Assembly: GCF_048593235.1 (NCBI RefSeq)
Contig: NC_133617.1
Location: forward strand, 365,866,067-365,930,066
Direction: 5' to 3'
DNA from: Sminthopsis crassicaudata
Lineage: Eukaryota
DNA length: 64,000 nt
A program made the translations under genes and the position numbers. Below are positions 35,670 to 49,401 of this stretch, piece after piece. The notes below the pieces were generated by a model. It saw only the letters and a program-made list of their open reading frames with translations, made no database searches and was not told the DNA's origin. Position 1 is the first letter of the stretch. Each line of letters starts with the position of its first letter.

Positions 35670-35900
35670 TTCCTTTAAAAATGTTTTCTGGTGCTTTTTT
35701 TTAATGCCTTCTCTTCCTGATTCTTGGCCCCTTACCGAAAACAAACTACAACCAAAAAAGACCCAATAACAACAACCTTGTAACAACATCAAATAACCAT
35801 ATATGCACAATTCTGCACCCATTGTTCACATCTCTCTATAGAAAGAAAAATAGTAAATATGTTTTATCATCCTTATAATCATAGGTCTTTGCATTTAATT
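35670..35900 (-). mobile_element. Probable L1 3' UTR remnant
   Basis: aaccttgtaacaacatcaaataacc...ttctgcacccattgttcacatctctct pattern. Confidence 0.45.
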
Positions 35901-35985
35901 CCATTGCTTTATCTAAGAAGCAATTCTTGTCTAAACTGTCAAATATGTCCATAATCAAAGTTAGGTTTCTCGACTGTTCTTCCAA

Positions 35986-36016
35986 GGATATTACGTAGGA
36001 TATTACGTAGGATATT
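35986..36016 (+). repeat. 12-bp tandem repeat (ggatattacgta) x2.6
   Basis: Read directly from the sequence. Confidence 0.9.
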
Positions 36017-36199
36017 CTTTGTTTAGTTTCTCAAAAGCATTTTATATCAAGTGAGAAGTTTTCTCCAGGTGTTCAGCACTCCCTAAAGTGAAGTTGTTTT
36101 CGAGTTTAAAGTCTATGAAAGCATGAAGGGAATTTCAGGGAAGATATAACCCGGGCTTACTCACTGATCCTGTTATACTAGAACTATGGGAATCCCACA

Positions 36200-36448
36200 A
36201 CTAGATTCATAGATAGAGTGCTGGGCCTGATCTCAGGAAAACCTGAGTTCAAATCTGGTCTCAAACACTTTTTAGTTATGTGACCCTTGGCAAATCACTT
36301 AATGTCTGCCTCAATTTCCTCAACTATAAAATGGTGATGAGAATAATAGCCTCTAACTCTCAAGCTTATTGTTAATGATGTAATATTATAAAGTACTTAG
36401 CACAGTGCCTGGCACATATAAAGTTCTATATAAATGTTATTCCCTTCC
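36200..36448 (+). mobile_element. Marsupial MIR-type SINE
   Basis: gatagagtgctgggcctg...gagttcaaatctggtctcaaacact...cttagcacagtgcctggcacatataa. Confidence 0.82.
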
Positions 36449-36959
36449 ATTCTTGAAACTAGAAACAGGTAATCTTAGGACATATCTAAATCTTACTTTA
36501 AAAGTAAAATTGTGGAAGTATTTATGCCGAAAGAGTAATATCTGACAAGTATAGTACCTTGAGGTTTACAAAACACTTAATATACATTATCTCTACACAA
36601 AATAATAAAATTGTTATTATTGTTATTCCTACAAATGAGATTTATATAACACTTTAAGGATTGCAAAGTACTTTATAAATGTATCATTTTATCTTCGTAC
36701 TATCACTAGAACCTAAATGCTATTATGATCTCTATCGTTGGGATGTATGACCTGGACCAAGAACCAGCAAAAGAGACTCAGAAGGTGTGGTCCAGTGGAT
36801 AGCATAATAACCAAGAGAGAGCATTGCCATGAAAACCAATTGTTGAAAGTGCATTTAAGAGGTGATAACAATATCTGATGATGGAGAGAGGTCAAAAAAT
36901 ATCAGAATTGGAAGAAAAAGGCCATCAGATGTGAGAATGATGAGATCTGATAACTTTGG

Positions 36960-37200
36960 AGCAAGAGAATCAGAAGCTAGAGGTGGAGTTAGCTAGTGTA
37001 ATCTCCCATACTTACTAGCTGGGTGATCTTGGCTAAGACACTTTATTTCTGCTGCCTTCATTTCCTTATCTCATATGATCTCCTCAACAGGGATCATAAT
37101 AACACCTCCTTCTTGGTTTCCTATCAGGCTCAAACAAGATATCTTCGTATTACTTAAAAGAGTGCCTGGCACAAATGAAGTGTTTAATAAATGTATATTA
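36960..37200 (+). mobile_element. MIR-type SINE
   Basis: cttactagctgggtgatcttggctaag...tcaaacaagatatc...agtgcctggcacaaatgaagtgtttaataaatg. Confidence 0.75.
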
Positions 37201-37739
37201 ACTAATATAGAGGATCTTGTTAAGGAATTTCGCCACAAAGAACAGGAGATATATGAGATATCAGCTAATGTGGATAATAAGATTAAGTTAAGGCTTTTTA
37301 AAGATTAAGGAGACATGAATATATTGGTAGATAGACAGTATGGAACATCCAAAAGATAGAAAAAAAATTAAGATTAAAAAATACAATGATTTTTTTCTGA
37401 TAAATGAAACTTCTACCAACCCAAGCCAGTCCTTTCTCTCTACAATGTACATTCAAAGGGTTGCCTAGAATATTGAAAGATTAAGTGATGTACAGAAGGA
37501 CTTGAATCCAATTCCACTTCCTCAAAGACTGACTCTGTGAACACTGCTCCTTGAAGTCTTAGTGTGTTATACTTCCTTGTATCAATCATCATACCTAATA
37601 TAATACCAGCATGCAGTCATACTTCATTATTTCAAGAACCAGTGATTTTTATCTGTATGATACTGCTTTCTTTAATGCAGATGGCAGAAACTTACCAAGC
37701 CTTACTAAATAATGAAATGTTGTGTATGTGATATATGTA

Positions 37740-37774
<35 letters not shown>

Positions 37775-38514
37775 GCCTGATTCCCAAATCTCTGGTGCTC
37801 AGACTTGTTCTCAGACCATAGAAGCATAACCCCAAACCAGGTCTGTAAGCTCAAAGCCTTTTCAGACTAGTAGGATCTGTTAAACCTGTGGTTCAATGAT
37901 ATAGAAATTAAGAGCTAATAACCCCCTCTATACGATAATGAAACATTGGATAAGGATGTTAGTAAAGAACTTTACTATATAATGAACTTCCTACTTGTGA
38001 ATGGTTGTTGATTACTCCCTGTCATACTTTCTATCCCAGCCCCATCTGAGGGAATCTGACATATTAGTTACATGTTTGTGCCTTTCTAGTTTCTTATAAT
38101 CTAGATCTATATAGATTTTTTGAAGTAAAAATTATTTTATTATGTTATTTTAAAGTATGTTTATTTTGTAAATTACATTAAAATTATATTATTAGCAATT
38201 CTCTTCCCTTTGTATAATGATATATGCATGGCTTACAATGTGAGCCAGTAGTCATTTGGCATAAGGGGAAGTACCCTGATTGTATTTACAAGGGGAGACA
38301 CAGTAGCCTTGACTCTCATGGCCTATTCAACCTCAAACTAGTCACTCTATCCCAAGTGACCTAGATTTTCTCATATGAGCTGGGATGTGTGTATGTCAGG
38401 GAGTGGGGCATGGGAAGAGATTGGACTAGATAATAAAGTCCCTTATAGTTCTAAATTTATAATTCTAACAAGTGGCACAATTTAATTCAGAGCGCACGCA
38501 CATACACACACATT

Positions 38515-38690
38515 GCCCACTGGTCTCCTGTGGCCCATAACACTTCCAAGTAACCAGAACTAGATTAAGTGTCATTGGGAAATATTTAACAAAATAAATA
38601 CAAATAAAATAAAATCAAGATAATGTTAGTATTTGGTTTTCTAAATCAATATGTGTCCCACAGGGCCATTTCCTGCTGGTTACTGGTCCT
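38515..38690. mobile_element. Probable hAT DNA transposon remnant
   Basis: atatttaacaaaataaata...gataatgttagtatttggttttctaaatcaatatgtgtcccacaggg resembles Charlie-group MITE internal sequence. Confidence 0.45.
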
Positions 38691-39094
38691 TTGCTTTCAT
38701 GTGATCATAGGTAAGTCATTTAATCACTCAGAACCTCAATTCCCTTTTGTGTAAAAAGGGCACTTGAGTACCTAGATTTGAGTTCTGATGCTCCTATTTA
38801 TGACCTTGACTTTTAAAGCTGATTTCTCAAATTTCTGCACCACTGTTTCTTCATTTAGGAGATTGGACTTGATGCAATCTATGAGTTCTCTTTCAGCTCT
38901 ACTGAAATAATTCCACATTTCATTTTGATCATCAAAGTAATCTTTGAGGTAGTATAGGGTATGTATTATTATTTCTACTTTACATATGAGGAAATTGATG
39001 CTCTTAAAGAATAATTTCCCTAAGATTATATAGCTAGGAAATGGCAGAGTTATGACTAAGCTAGATCTTCTGACTTCAGCTTCATCAAATCATA

Positions 39095-39270
39095 GGAGAC
39101 AGATGGCTCAGTGGATAGAGTGCTAGATCTGGAATTAGGAAGACTCCTTTTCATGAGTTCAAATGTGGCCTCAGACACTTACTAGCTGGGTGACCCTGGA
39201 GAAATCACTTAACACTTAATACACTGGAGAGGGAAATGGCAAACCACTACAGAATCCTTGCCAAGAAAAT
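39095..39270 (+). mobile_element. Mar1-type SINE, short-CORE variant
   Basis: Head gatggctcagtggatagagtgct...gagttcaaat joined to the RTE tail ctggagagggaaatggcaaaccact...ttgccaagaaaa. Confidence 0.8.
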
Positions 39271-40684
39271 TACAACAAGCAGAATAATGGTCGGGCTCCA
39301 CTGAAGAACAGCATTTGAAAGGAACTTTATGTTTCCTCTATTCACAGCCTGGGGAGGTTAAATGATCTCCCTGAGGCAGGATTTGATCTCAGGGATTCCC
39401 GACTCTACATCTAGCACTCTCCTCTGAGCCACCTGGTTGAGGTCCTTTTCACCATCAGCTCCATCTTCTCTTTACTTTGGTGAGCTCTCCTTCTCTTTTC
39501 TCTTTTGCCATCACAAGCAATTATTATTTCCTATCTTTTACCTCTTTTTCCCAATAGAATAGTCGTTTATGCCTTCTTTAGTTTTTGACACCACCCAAAC
39601 AGTGACATAAATGCAAAAACAAACTTGGGATCAATTGGACATGGAAATTTTCCTGATTTCCAGTCTGTTCTACTTAAGTAAACCTCAGAAACCACTCTCT
39701 ACAAGCCTTATAACCTCAAGGCATTGACCAGAAAATGGGCAGCGCCTCTGACCAGTTGAGAGGCTGCAAGGAATGTGCTCAAAAGTCAGCAGCATGTCTT
39801 TGTAGGGTGGCCCCACCAGTGGGAGAGGCTGTGAGCAATCTAGAGGAACTGAACCACAACTCCACCCCCAAAGCTTAAAATACAACCAGCCAGTTCTTCC
39901 CCTGAAGCAAACCAAGTGACATCATCCTCTTGGGGGTGAGGGCTGATTGTGTGTCATTCTGTTGATAAACCATGGGAGAAAACAGGATCCAAAAGCTAGA
40001 ACAGCATTCTTGTTCAGATTTGGTTTTAAGTGCAGATAGATTCAGGAGCAGGATGGAGGGGGGGAGCATCTTTTCAATTATTCCTTGGAAAATGCTACCC
40101 AGACCCACCATCCAAGCAACCTCAAGTTCCCATTCTGCTATTCTGTGAGGCATTAGATTAGTATTTAGAACTTTAGAACTGGCGGTGAGGGGGTAGGGCA
40201 AGCTAGTGAATAATTATAACAAAGAAACATAGAAAAGAAAGACAAATTTGTACTCCAAGCAAAGTGAGCAGACTGGGAGACTAAAATACAATATATTAGA
40301 ACTGGAAGGAACTTCAGAGATCATCTGAACTGGCCTCCATTCTTTACTTAATAAAGAAAATAAAGGTAGATAGTTGACCCAATATTGTGCGGCTGATAAG
40401 TGTTAGAGGATTATTTGAATCTATTCTCTTTACTTCATAGTTTCTATGATACCATGCTGCCCTTTAACATCCTAGTTTCTTCACATACTCAAATCAACAA
40501 ATAATTATCAAATATCTACTATATGAAAGTGTGTGTGTGTGTGTATGTATTTCTAGGATAGGAGTTCTTGGAATCCTTTGGCAGTTTAATGAAGTCTAGG
40601 ATTTCTGACAATAATGTTTTTTAATTCATAAAATGAAAATATGGAGAACTTTAATAGGAAGCATGTATAATGAAATAAGAACCC

Positions 40685-40890
40685 TAGGCCCAGGTTAAGT
40701 AAGACTTATCTTCCTGAGTTCAAATCCAGTCTTAAACATTTCCTAACTCTGTTACTCTTGCCTCAGTTTCTTCATGTGTAAAAATGATTTGGAAAAGGAC
40801 ATGACAAACCACTCCAGTTTCTTTACCAAGAAAACCCCAAATGGGATCACAAAGAGTTGGACACTGCCAAAAAATGATTGAAGAACAGAA
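40685..40890 (+). mobile_element. Mar1 SINE
   Basis: CORE cctcagtttcttcatgtgtaaaa plus tail aaaccactccagtttctttaccaagaaaaccccaaatgggatcacaaagagttggacac. Confidence 0.82.
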
Positions 40891-40984
40891 ATAGTTATAA
40901 AAATATGGGAGGGAAAAAAAAAGCTTCATAGAACCTGAGCTAAGAATGTCTTTCTTAGGTAACATCAAGACAGGTAGGTTGGCC

Positions 40985-41200
40985 AGTATTATAACATTTG
41001 GTCTGGCCTCAGGAAGACCTGAGTTCAAACCTAGTCTTAGATACTTCCCAGACATGTCAACTTGGGCAAGTCACTTAACCTGTATTTGACTTGGGTGTTT
41101 TTAATATGTACAATGACTACCTCTGAGTTTATTGTGAGGATTAAATGAGATAATAATCGTAAAGCATTTAGCATACTGCTTAGCACTTAGTAAGCACTAT
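40985..41200 (+). mobile_element. MIR-type SINE
   Basis: caggaagacctgagttcaaacctagtcttagatactt...ttgggcaagtcacttaacc...gattaaatgagataataat. Confidence 0.8.
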
Positions 41201-41349
41201 AGAAGAAGTAGTAGAAACTCCTACCAATAGCTGTAACTGTTATTATTATTATTATTATTAGAAAAAAAAAATTGGAGGAATACAAGTTCTCCAGAAGCTT
41301 ATAGTTTACAATTTATCTCAAGAAACAAGTTCAATAAATCTCAGGAATT

Positions 41350-41525
41350 AATGGGATTTAGTGTTGCATGGAGCCTTAAAGATCATCTAAAATCTTAGCT
41401 CCCATACTTTACAGATGGTAAAACTGAGGCAGAGAGAAGGTCAGTGATTTGCTTCTGTTCATTTACTTATTCCATGGTAAAGCTGGGTTTGGAACCAGTA
41501 CTGATGTCAAATCCTACCATATTTT
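41350..41525 (-). mobile_element. CORE-SINE
   Basis: ccttaaagatcatcta...tttacagatggtaaaactgaggcagagagaagg. Confidence 0.7.
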
Positions 41526-41645
41526 AATTGCAGTATTCACAGTGCAAGCAATAAATTACATAATCAATTTATAATAAAAACTTTTCAATAATACAAGAAA
41601 ATATGTTATAATATAGGCTTTATTAATTTTATATTCATCTGTTTG

Positions 41646-41921
41646 GTTTTTTTACATAATAGCTTTTTATTTTCAAAATATATGCAAAGATAGTTTTCAA
41701 CATTTACCCTTGCAAAACCTTGTGCTCCAATTTTTTCTCCCTCCTTCCCTTCCCCCACCTATTACTCTTCTCCCCACCTCCCCCCCAGACAGCAAATAAT
41801 CCAGTATATGTTACTAAATATGTGCAATTCTTCTATGCATATTTCCATAATTATGCTGCATAAGAAAAATCAGATCAAAAAGGGGAAAATGAGAAAGAAA
41901 TATGTTTGGTTTAAAATAAGA
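41646..41921 (-). mobile_element. L1 3' UTR fragment, dasyurid-type
   Basis: aatagctttttattttcaaaatatatgcaaagatagttttcaacatttacccttgcaaaaccttgtg... plus the C-rich tract is the reverse complement of the marsupial L1 3' end. Confidence 0.82.
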
Positions 41922-42019
41922 AATAAAAGAATAACAACCTCTGCCATCTGGTTACAGCTAAAGATGAGGAACTATGAAAATCCCATGGATTGCATTTTAA
42001 GGGAAGATATCTCATAAAT

Positions 42020-42195
42020 CCGAAGTATTGATAGGATTCTTCTATAGGTGGTCACCCAGTAGTTAGAAGATATGGGGAGGCAGTTTTCAACTCCCTATCA
42101 TTAGAAGGATATTAAAAATGTGATTCATATTTTGAGGAAGAGTTAAACAGATTCATGAGTGAAGACCCTTCCAATTCTAGGATTATATGATTGGG
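42020..42195 (+). mobile_element. L3/MIR3-type 3' end
   Basis: ctccctatcattagaagg...gaagacccttccaattctaggattatatgatt. Confidence 0.55.
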
Positions 42196-44389
42196 AAGGT
42201 TGGGGTGGCTGAAAGGCTGAAGTCTAATTGCTGACAAGGGCTTGGAACCAAAGAGCAGCCTTCAAATGATCTGCTATAGTTCAGGTGTTGAAATGTGCCT
42301 CCATTTTTCTTGGACCTAATGAGAAATGTTGTTCTTGATGTAGGTTCCTGAACAGATTTTGATTATTCTGTGTCTTAAGGACCAATGTTTATTTTCCTCT
42401 AAAAGAATGTCTAATTGACTTTCTACCTCCATGAAATAGAATAAAAGGGAAAGGAGTTAGAATAGAAACAATGAAATTTAGATGGAATAGAATAAAATGT
42501 AATAGAATAATGATGACAAAATTATCATAGAATCTTAGATGAATAACTCTAAGGGAAGTCATTGCATCTACCACTTCATATTACAGATGAAAAAAACAAA
42601 AATATAGAAGGGATTTAGTAACTTGCTCAAGGTCACAGAGGCAGTAAGTAGCAAAGTCAGAATATAAATCTGAGTCTCCTATCTCCTTAAACTGGGTGCT
42701 AGTAAAAAGGAATGACAGAACAGATTCCTTTGAGTCTATGGGTATAGAATGGAAATAGAACAAAGTAGTTCCAGGAACATCTGGGGGAGGGAGGTATCCA
42801 GAAGATGATCTGGTTCAAATCTCTAATTTTTATAAATGAGAAAACCAAGTCTCATGAATTATGTTATCTTGCCTGAATTCACACGATTATTTGGCTTCAG
42901 AGCAGGCGAGAAGTAGAATTAGAGAGAATAGTATTTTGGAAATATTTGCTTAAAGGCAGAAATTGAATTTTTGAATTGCTTGTCCCCCCATTTATTTTTT
43001 GGCAAAAAAATGAGGTAGCAGGGATCTTGAGTAAACTCAGTTATTTCTTTATTGGTTACATGTCTTTCCTGTCTAGAGATTTGTGAATGCTCTGTGTCAC
43101 ATTATTAATTGGTGATCATTGCTATTTTTCAAATTTAGTGTGCTTGAAAAGAAAAGGCTAGGGTCTGTTTTTGGCTCATTATTCCTGCACTTACACAATA
43201 TAAATTCCCAATCTCTACATATGTATGGCTATTCTGAGGTCTAGTTGTTTGGAATATAAGGCCATCTCTTATTTTATAGAGGAACCATTCATTCTTCCTT
43301 ATACAATATATGTAGAAACTTCATCTCCTTGATTATCTAGAATTGGATTTCTATGCGAGATTCATAGCCGGATAGCTTTTTTTCCAGAAGACTTCCCAAA
43401 TCCTTCTTGACAGTGCCATATATCACAGATGGTTTTCTCAAAAAACTAAAATCTCTCTTCTCCTTGGCTTTTTCTACTCTGTTTCTCTAGTTCCAGTTGA
43501 TGCTAATTATAGTACAAAAACATCCATCTTAAAACATCTAAAAGAAAAGAATCTCCTTTCTTTATGCCTTTCACTAAAGTTGGCAGAGGTTTTAAATATT
43601 GAGTCACTGGAGAAAGTGCCCCACCACACTGGAATAGCTCATTGTGCTACCAATTATTTGGCTTTTATTTTCATCAAGGAAACTTCAGATTATGGTGCTG
43701 TCAACCTGCTTAGCCATAATTTAGCCTTCTCTCTTATGGGGATTTGCCAAGTTCTCATTTCAGAGACCCCTTTGGCTAAAAACTTTATGGAAAACTGGCC
43801 TCATCCATTTCCTTTTGCCACTCCAAAAAGAAAAATAAAATGCTTACCAGAATGAAAAGGAAGAATGTTGTTTCTTCATGGCAGGAATAGAAAATCTGTC
43901 TTTTCCTACTGTATCAAGTTTAAATTGCACTACCTATTCTCCAAGGCCCTCCAAGATTTGGCTTACCGTGCAATTATCCATCCAGCCTTACTTTTGACAT
44001 CCTCAGTTTGAATGCTCTTTTGCCATGAGTTGCTTCATAAGTTTGCCATGATTTTTCTTACATTTTTGCCTTTGCTAACATTCTTCTCCATATCTGGAAT
44101 GCCCTTTCATCTCATTTCTCCCATTCCAAAGTCTACCATTTTGCCTTTCTCATAAAGTTTACCAATTCTGACTCATCTTCCCCTGTTCTAAAATGGTAAA
44201 GTACTCAAAGCATCTGCCACACAATTGAATTTTGAATTATGGAATTTTAAAGACATTATTTGCTGTTATTTCCTTTCCCAGAGCATACTTTCAGGTAAGG
44301 AGCCAGGTTTTATTCTATTTTGGTGTCACATTGTTGGTGATATAATAAAAAATATGCTACATGACTTATCATATGGGGAAGAAACATTT

Positions 44390-44617
44390 TAAGGCAGGCA
44401 TTATGCTAAACACTTTTTACAAGTATTATCCCATTTGATCCTCACAGCAATTCTGAAAGGCATATGTTTTTATTATCACTGTTTTACATCTGAGTAAACT
44501 GAGGCAAACAGTGATTTGTCCAGGGTCACATATCTAGTAAGTATTTGAGTCTAGATTTGAACTCAGATCTTCCAGACTCCAGGCCTAACACTCTATTCAC
44601 TTTACTACCAGCTATCT
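44390..44617 (-). mobile_element. MIR-type SINE
   Basis: cccatttgatcctcacagcaa...aaactgaggcaaac...cagggtcacatatctagtaagt...gaactcagatcttccagactccagg. Confidence 0.85.
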
Positions 44618-46644
44618 TATAGGCACCAAATCTACAAATTATGACCCGTAATGGTCCTGGCATATACTTTGGAACCACTAGCCTAGGAAAATTAATTGAG
44701 TCATCAATCATCTATTTATTCATAGAAGGGAAAAATTCCAAAAAGTCAAAATCATGGATACTCCTTTAGATTTAGAATAAAAGACTAAATCTTTTTTAAG
44801 TAAAAAATTCTCTTTTAAAATTATGTTTTAGTTGGAATAAAAATCATATTTCTATGTATTTTTATGCATCCAAACAAACTGAGGAACAGGAGTGCAGAAG
44901 TTTGATGGAGTTCAGAGAGAACAGATGCAAGATAGCTTAGATTAATATATTTGCTATGGTAACCCACCTGTAGGTAATTGAAACTTACCTCCAAAAACAT
45001 CTGTCTATAAGGATATAGGAAGCTCTTTAAGGAAAAGAAACAATGTCTTATCTCTATTCATCTCAATTCTCTGACACAATACAATAAATGCATTTCTGAG
45101 TATGCCCATCAATAGTTTTTTTTTTCTTTTTACCACAAACCAGTAGTAACTATATCATTGACCAATTTATCTCTTAACTCCATGAGTAGAGAGGTCAGTA
45201 ATGTACAAAATATGTCATGGCTATTACTACCCAAGTTCAGTAATCCCTTTTAGTAGTCAGTTCTTTGCCAAGGACAATTTTATCTAATTCAAGAAATATG
45301 GTTTCTGAAGTATATGAAGATAAATCCTCAATAGTGGTTATGTTTTCATGGGAATCTCTCTTTAGTATTGTGCTAAGCAAGATTTTTGAGTGGAAACTGT
45401 GGGTTCCCTCCATTTCTCATCAGCAAGAAGCCCTTCCTGCTGGAGAATCATTTCCTGAGCATATATTGTGTGCATAGACTGGGCTATCCATCACTCTGCC
45501 TTTCTGAAGCACCCATACTTAAATCACATTAAAGCCTCCAAACAACCTTTTACTTAGATTAGATGTATTTTATCAACAAAGAGATATTGTATTTCAACTT
45601 CAAGGAGGACAAATTTCCTCCAAATGGTATCTGCCATTGTTTGGTGTATGCTGGTTTTGAGTTTGCATAAGTGTTTTGCTCTAGCAAAATTTTGCCATTT
45701 GATGGATAAAAAGCTTATTAAAATCCATGTGAGCAAGTAAAGAGTTAAGTTACTCCTTGAATTAAGTTATGCTTCTTTGGAAGAGTGCAATAGCTTGTTC
45801 AGTAAGCCAGCCAGTCAACCAACAAGTATTTACTGAGCTCCAGCAGAGGTGCCTGGCACTAAAATAGGGTACCATTGTGTCAGCACAGGAGCAAATAAGG
45901 GAGTAGTTAATAGGTATGTATGGGTGTGCATGTGAGTTTCTTAATATGGAAATCTGGTCTGCCCTATAAAACTTTCCAACTGATGTATTCTGCTATTTTT
46001 GATAGGAAGTATGAAAATCTAGTTTCATAATTGGTTTATTGTAGATCACAACCTGTTTTATTTTCTTCAGAGGATACTCTTTTTGAAACTGCTTATCAAC
46101 AAATGACTTAAATTTAACAAATTGGTGGTGATGTGGAAGAGCAAAGTTAGCTTTTCTATTTTCTTTTTTTTTTTTTTTTTTTGAGGTGGGAACAATGTAG
46201 AATAGTTTCAGAATGCAGTAAAACTTTATTTCCTGAATCTCTTAAGTATGAGATCCACCAGGACTAGTGAAGAATCTAATTTGTATAATATTTGTAAAGA
46301 TATAAAATTTGATTGCTTTCAAAACTGGTCTTGATAATAATACCTATTGTTTAAAGACAGCAAAGTACTTTTTATATATGATCTAAATGGATCCTCAGAA
46401 GAACCCCAGGAGTTAAATATCGTAAGTATTATTGTCACTATATTAATTGATTGGTAAAAGAGGCCCAAAGAGAATACATGACTTCTTCAGTACCAGGCAG
46501 GGAGTAAGCCCTGGAGCAGGATTTTGTTGAAATTTTATTTAAATTGTTTATGAGTGTCAATAATGACTAGATAGAGTAGTTTGTAAATAAAACATTCATT
46601 GTTTGTATATGAATGGATATTTCTAAAATGTTTTGAAGGTATGT

Positions 46645-46900
46645 GTTCAAGTCAACAAGCATTTATAAACACTGCTATGTGTTAAGCACTGTGCTAAGTA
46701 CTGGGCATAGGAAAAGAGGCCAAAGGTGTGCTTTCTGCCCTTAAAGAGCTTACAGAATTAGAAAGAGAACATACAAATGACTATGTACAAATATAATACA
46801 GGTAGGATAATTTAGACATACATTTCAAATGGGACTGGGAAAAGCTTCTTTCAAAAGGTGGATTTTAGCTGAGACTCCAGGGAAGGCAGGAGTGGAGATA
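46645..46900 (-). mobile_element. L2 3' fragment
   Basis: agtcaacaagcatttataaacactgctatgtgttaagcactgtgctaagtactggg...ccttaaagagcttaca. Confidence 0.75.
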
Positions 46901-47285
46901 TGAAGGAAGAAAATTGCCTCAATTATTCAATTACAATCAGTCCAGTTTTTGGAGTCATTGAAGGGGAAGCCAATGAGAGCTGAGACATAATTTGTTTGGT
47001 CATATCCATTAAAAAAAAAAAGAAATTAAATGCTAAACTTATTCATAAATAAGAGAAATCAGCAAGAGAGGGGCTATTCCAGAAAGCTTCTCAAAGGAGA
47101 TGGGATTTGAACTAGTGATTGAAAGATGACAAATATTTGGCCAGATGGAAAGGGAAGGAGGTTGTTCAGGCAAAGAAGTGAAGTTCCAAGGTATGGAAAG
47201 TATTGTTTTACATCAGGGAAGAAGGATAATATATGGTTAGATGACTTCTCTAAGGGCTCAGTTGTAAGATTGGATGGGTGGGGTG

Positions 47286-47286
<1 letters not shown>

Positions 47287-47347
<61 letters not shown>

Positions 47348-47362
47348 TAGTAGTAGTAGTAG
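47287..47362. repeat. (TG)n followed by (TAG)n compound microsatellite
   Basis: Read directly from the sequence. Confidence 0.95.
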
Positions 47363-48667
47363 AAATGATCATTATTAGATTTAGAAGCAAAGGACCTGGG
47401 TTCAAATTCTGCTCTGTCCCTCATTAATGTCATGAACTTGGTCAAATTACTACAATTCTATGGACTCTGATTTCCTCTTTTGTATAATGAGGTGAACTAG
47501 ATGAACAATTCTATTCAGGGAGAAGCCACTGTGTGGTTTTCTTTTCTTGAGGAAAGTAACAATGAAAATGATGTTGTAAGATTAGTATAAGTTGTGAGAA
47601 AGGGAGTATAAGTCTTCTTGTTCCTTTTAATAGTTTAAAACTTAACTTATAATTTTGTCATACAAATATTGCCCATCATATGCAGGAAGAGGTAAATTTC
47701 AATGCAATATGCACTTGAATCGTCAGTAATATTACATTAATAAAGGCTTAATCATTTAGATTTAAATAATCTTCCTTATATGAATATGCTATATATAAAT
47801 GCACTGAAAACTTGTTAGCAACCAATAGCATGAAACTTATAAAGGAATCAGAGCCCACATACTGAAAAAATTGAGTTTTAATATTTATAATTTGTCTAAG
47901 AATTAAGGACCCTACTTTCCAGTATAGAAACTGTTAGGTAACTATCTTCAAACATTTTGCATTTTTTTCATGGTTTATTGTGTCCAAATTGTTACTTGGT
48001 GTATTCATCTGTCTGGTTCTTAGCTTGCTTTTCCATGCTTAGTGAACCTATTCTTCAGACAATAAACAGAAGTCTGTAATTACCAATACTACCACATTCA
48101 AAGTCTTGTCAACTGAAGAATAAGTGCTTACTGCAAGCATGGCTCGGGGTCCCCTTAATTCCATCTTGCATTGCTATTAAGCCAAAATATGTTTCTATGT
48201 TAAATTCCTCACCATTCACACTCTGGAACTCAATCATTTATAATCAATAATATTAATCTCTTTCTTATTTTCTCTAGCCATTTTTCCATGGATGAATAGG
48301 GGGAAAGTGGCAAAAGTGGGGAGAATCTTCTCTGTCCAGAAATTCTTATTACATAATACATCCTGGATTGAAAGCTTGTTTATAAAGCATTAAAACATGT
48401 AATCTATGTTAAATACTAAAATGCCTCTTTTTATGGATCTATCGCCACAAAATTTCTCTCCTCTTCTTTTCACTCCCCTTATCTTCCCTTTCTCTGTCTC
48501 TACTTGTCTGTCTGCCTTCCTCTTTTTCTTCTCATTATAAAACAGAATTGAAGTTAAACTCATAATCTTAAACATTCTTTTGATTCTAAGGGGGAAAAAA
48601 ACTTACTTTTCCTAATATTATTACAGTTTACTTTGCCACTAGAGAAAAGAAAAATGTTCCCTCCACC

Positions 48668-48696
<29 letters not shown>
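48668..48696 (+). repeat. Pure A29 tract
   Basis: Counted directly. Confidence 0.95.
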
Positions 48697-48699
<3 letters not shown>

Positions 48700-49173
48700 A
48701 GATGGGCTAGGGAACATTGATATGAGGAGAGTATTTGTATTTCTTTGCCATCCTCCTCCCCCCAAGAAAAAAATCTGTCATGTCTAATGTTTAGGAATGC
48801 CACGTCTCATCCAACCCACAAACCATTGGCAAAATAATAACTCTACACAGAATGTTCTTTTAAATTTTTTTTGCCTACCATCCCTTCCTGTGAAGTTATA
48901 AATCAGAGCATTTAGGGTTTCTGAGTTTTTTTTTCAAATTAAAGTCTTGCCTTAAGTTAGGGTCTTCTGGCATCTTTTCTCTAGGCCAAATGTTACAGAT
49001 GTGATTCCAAGAATGGAGGTCCACTGTTGACTATTGCCTTGCTTCAGCTTCATTCAAGAAGCCTTAGTAACTCAGTAACCTTGCAAACAACCCCAAAGCA
49101 CCTATTTTATGAAGCTATGCTTTAACTTCCCAGGAGTAAGGGGAACTCATTTTATTTGAAGCTAGAAGACACT

Positions 49174-49401
49174 TTTGTTATTGTTGTTGCTGTTCAGTCA
49201 TTTCATTTGTGTCTGACTCTTATTCTTGGCAAAGATACTGGAATGCATTGCTATTTTCTCCAACTCATTTTACAAAGGAGGAACTGAGGCAAACGGGTTA
49301 AATTTTTGCCCAAAGTCACAGCTAATGTCTAAGGCAAGATTTGAACCCAGGTCTTTTAACTTCAGGCCCTACCTTTATCCACTGCACCACCTAGCTGCCC
49401 C
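49174..49401 (-). mobile_element. Mar1 SINE
   Basis: ttcttggcaaagatactgg...gaggaactgaggcaaac...ccactgcaccacctagctgcccc. Confidence 0.85.

Noticed and set aside
46050-46150. Candidate 75-nt exon 46071-46145 with an in-frame stop
   Set aside because: The donor AAA|GTTAGC is poor and there is no independent support.
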